Of a DNA stretch of 64,000 nt, positions 61,455-64,000 are shown piece after piece (within the stretch, counting starts at the first letter, position 1; each line of letters opens with the position of its first letter). A program made the translations under genes and the position numbers. Source of the DNA: Planctomycetota bacterium (GTDB lineage: Bacteria > Planctomycetota > SZUA-567 > H5-PLA8); contig JBBRPR010000015.1 in the NCBI GenBank assembly GCA_038227875.1, forward strand, positions 1 through 64,000. Direction: 5' to 3'. Under the pieces are notes generated by a model. The model did not search any database. It saw only the letters and a list, made by a program, of their open reading frames with translations, and was not told the DNA's origin.

Positions 61455-61491
61455 CACCCACGCCTTGCGAGATGGAAAATGAGGCGTTCGC

Positions 61492-63450
61492 TCACGCTTG
61501 CCGGATACGGTTGTGGCGGTAGGCCTCGACGACGCGTTCCAGCATGCGGATCTGCGCGCGGATCTGCGCGCCGCGCTCGGTGTCGCGGACGCGGTGTGGC
61601 GTCTCCCACGTTCGCACCACGGTTGTGGTGGGGATGATGTCCACACCGTCGCGAATCGCAGCTTCGACGGATTCGAAATGATAATGCGACGCGAGGAACG
61701 TCTTGTCCGCTTCCAGCACCAGCGTGTATCCGTGATCGCCGTACGCTTCCGAAAATGCACCGTCGATGGTGATTGCCTTGTTGCTGCGCTTGATCGGGTT
61801 CTCGCCCTTCTCGATTTTCACCGGCACGTGTCCGTTGACGATCAATCCCTGCTTCGCGTCGACGCCGAACTCGTTGAGCACTTTGTCGCAGAACGGAACT
61901 TCGTGGATCAGCGAGAAGTACGGATCCTTCTTCTCTTCATGCGTCGCCTTGTCGGCGATGAAGTAACTTTCCAGCGTCGCGATGCGGTCCTTCCCGAACA
62001 GCGGTGAGCGCGGACCGCTCCACAAATACCAAAGCATGTCGTTGCCCTTGTCCGTGGGCTTCTGCAGATTTCTGACAATCGCCTGCTCGATCGCTTCAAA
62101 CAGCGCGCGGCCGGAGTACGGCTTGCCATCGACGCTCATCGGCAGGAACGTGCCGTCGGAACTGCAGGGCACGCAGCCGTGGAAGATCAAATGGTTGTCG
62201 CGGCGCAGGTACATTGAGCCGTGGCTGACGATCGTGCGCATGTGGCGCGCCAGCTTTTCACTGCGCAGGAACGAGGTCCGGATGCGCTCCATGCACTTCT
62301 TTTCCTCGGCGGACAATTCGTACGGATTGGCCGGATCGATCGTGGGAAATTTGGTGTCCAGCAGCGGGTACGACTTGCCGTCGACTTCCACCGTGCCGGC
62401 CTTGTAATTGATCTTGTGCAGTAGGCGGCGGTGGTCGAGTTGCCATTCGGGATTGCGCGCGATCATCTGGCCTTCGAGCTTGAATTGGATGATGGCCGCC
62501 GCCTTCTGCATGCGCATCATCACGATCGCTTCGCGCAGGCCGGTGCCCTTGATCTTGAAGCAGTCGCACGGATCGTCCTCGTAGACTTCGCGTACGAGAA
62601 ATTCCAGCGGCTGCATGGTGATGCCGTAGCCTTCTTCCAACTGCGAGAGGCGGCGGTAGCGCATGGAGATGCGCAGCACGTGAGCGATCAGCGCGTCGTG
62701 GCCGAGCGCCGCACCAATCCACGCGACGTCATGGTTGCCGTAAACGAACGAGACATTGGGCTGCTGAAAGAGGTACTCAACGCAGTAGTCGCCGCGCGGG
62801 CCGCGGTCCCAGCAGTCGCCGTCGAGAATGATTTCGTTCACCGCGAGGTTGCGGATGGCGCGGCAGGTCAGGTGGATGAGATGGAGCACGCGGCCGCGGC
62901 GCGCGAGCTCGTCGATCATCGTGCGCGTGTATTCCGGCGACGGCGACAGCGGCTCCTGCAGAATTTCCGCCAGCAGGTTGCGGTAGTCGGACGGGAAAAT
63001 GCTGAGCGTGTGCCGCAGACTGTAGTTAGCCGCGACGACGCGGATGACCTTGAATAGATCATGGAGCACGCGCTGCGCGAAGACGCGAAGCTGTTCGGGA
63101 TCGGCGAGCTTCGCTTCCAGATGCTGGACCATCTCCGCCGGGTAGAAAATCAGCGTCAGAAACTCCTGGAACTGTTTCGGGTCCAGCTTGTCTTTGAACA
63201 ACCGCTCCACCAGCGGCCGGAGCGTGCCAGAGGCGTTGTTGATGATGTGACGGAGTTTTTTGTCTTCACCGTGGACGTCGCTGATGACGTGGATGGCACC
63301 CTTGGGCAGCGTGAGTTCCGCCGAGAGCCGCGCGATCTCGGCCATCGCCAGGTCCATGTTCGGAAAGTCGCGCGCCAGCGGCAGCAGCGCGGCGCGTTCG
63401 TCGGCCTGGCGTTCAATTTCGCTGGCGGTGGGTGTCGTCGGCGTGGCCAT
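61492..63450 (-). CDS. fbp: Fructose-1,6-bisphosphatase class III
   Basis: LPKGAIHVISDVHGE, NNASG, GDCWDRGP, GNHD, FKLEGQ, FPTIDP, FHGCVP, WYLWSG..SPLFGK, NGHVPVK, IDGAFSEAY. Confidence 0.92.
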   Translation of the reverse strand: MATPTTPTASEIERQADERAALLPLARDFPNMDLAMAEIARLSAELTLPKGAIHVISDVHGEDKKLRHIINNASGTLRPLVERLFKDKLDPKQFQEFLTLIFYPAEMVQHLEAKLADPEQLRVFAQRVLHDLFKVIRVVAANYSLRHTLSIFPSDYRNLLAEILQEPLSPSPEYTRTMIDELARRGRVLHLIHLTCRAIRNLAVNEIILDGDCWDRGPRGDYCVEYLFQQPNVSFVYGNHDVAWIGAALGHDALIAHVLRISMRYRRLSQLEEGYGITMQPLEFLVREVYEDDPCDCFKIKGTGLREAIVMMRMQKAAAIIQFKLEGQMIARNPEWQLDHRRLLHKINYKAGTVEVDGKSYPLLDTKFPTIDPANPYELSAEEKKCMERIRTSFLRSEKLARHMRTIVSHGSMYLRRDNHLIFHGCVPCSSDGTFLPMSVDGKPYSGRALFEAIEQAIVRNLQKPTDKGNDMLWYLWSGPRSPLFGKDRIATLESYFIADKATHEEKKDPYFSLIHEVPFCDKVLNEFGVDAKQGLIVNGHVPVKIEKGENPIKRSNKAITIDGAFSEAYGDHGYTLVLEADKTFLASHYHFESVEAAIRDGVDIIPTTTVVRTWETPHRVRDTERGAQIRAQIRMLERVVEAYRHNRIRQA

Positions 63451-63524
63451 GGAAGATCTCCCGCGGTCGTTGAGCGCTCGTCAATACATTGATGATCGAG
63501 TGGTAACCATAGTGCGCCGAAACG

Positions 63525-63824
63525 CTATTTGAAATCGTAAATCAGCACCTTCTGCCAATGCGCCTTATGCTTGGCGATGAATTCCAGATGCTTCTCGTGC
63601 TTCTGATAAACCTCGTGTCCCGCGTCGTCGTCGAGGATCACCGTCAATCCGACCGAGTACGAATTGTCCACCACTTCACGGGGCGTCATCGCCGGCTTGC
63701 CCGCCCAGAGCTGCTTGACCGATGGAATTCTCGTGAGCAAGTCATTGCAACTCGCAATCAGCGCCGCCTGCTCGGAAGCCGGCGTGCCTTCTTTCAGCCA
63801 GAAGTAAACGGAATGAATGAACAT
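63525..63824 (-). CDS. Dabb (stress-responsive A/B barrel) family protein
   Basis: MFIHSVYFWLK, IPSV, YQKHEKHLEF, VLIYDF; GGAGG RBS. Confidence 0.88.
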   Translation of the reverse strand: MFIHSVYFWLKEGTPASEQAALIASCNDLLTRIPSVKQLWAGKPAMTPREVVDNSYSVGLTVILDDDAGHEVYQKHEKHLEFIAKHKAHWQKVLIYDFK

Positions 63825-63936
63825 GTCGTGATGCCTCCAGGAATGGTTGAATGCCACGTCTTATCGCGGGCGCTGGGAATGTGAAATGCCGTTTTAAATC
63901 TCACGCAAAGCCGCAAAGAACGGCAACTGCAACGGC

Positions 63937-64000
63937 GGGAATGGGGATTCGGGAATCGGGAATCGTCGCACTCCGCATTCGGCGAATCCCGAGTCCCGAA
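63937..64000. repeat. GGGAATC heptamer array with inverted GAATCCC partner running off the window end
   Basis: GGGAATG GGGATTC GGGAATC GGGAATC ... GAATCCC GAGTCCC GAA. Confidence 0.75.

Noticed and set aside
63895..63935. GCAAAGCCGCAAAG as a c-di-GMP riboswitch fragment
   Set aside because: Lacks the surrounding paired stems; more like a short dispersed repeat

Overview
GC-rich bacterial chromosomal window. A DUF1549/DUF1553-DUF1501 pair, membrane-anchored ECF sigma fusions, sulfatases and PQQ-like propeller proteins suggest a Planctomycetota/PVC-type organism (inference). Recognisable housekeeping genes are cydA, cydB, surE, apt, ligA and a class III fbp. They are interspersed with carbohydrate-active and secreted enzymes, several regulators (GntR, two GntR-LacI hybrids, PadR, an NtrC-type sigma54 activator) and a cluster of one ExbB plus four ExbD-like genes. 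The window opens in the 3' end of an IS1595-like element that truncates the next gene. No rRNA, tRNA or CRISPR array was seen. The most notable signals are: (1) three unrelated secreted hydrolases (trypsin-like, GH113-like, S8/S53-like) all end in PKD plus the same unnamed ~135-aa C-terminal domain with a position-fixed terminal motif Y-x-[AV]-[KR]-x3-[SN]-G-x-A-x-stop, a candidate lineage-specific protein sorting or anchoring signal; (2) seven intergenic period-7 tandem arrays with different units but a shared AAT/ACT core, mostly in inverted pairs, one of which supplies a gene's start codon; (3) three ECF sigma factors fused through a TM helix to different extracytoplasmic domains; (4) a textbook sigma54 promoter driving a Spy/ZraP-like gene divergent from an orphan activator; (5) a Thr-type sulfatase-like enzyme, an orphan SUFU immunity gene, a REP-derived coding repeat and a single-base frameshift. 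All family assignments come from motif recognition by eye, not from database searches.
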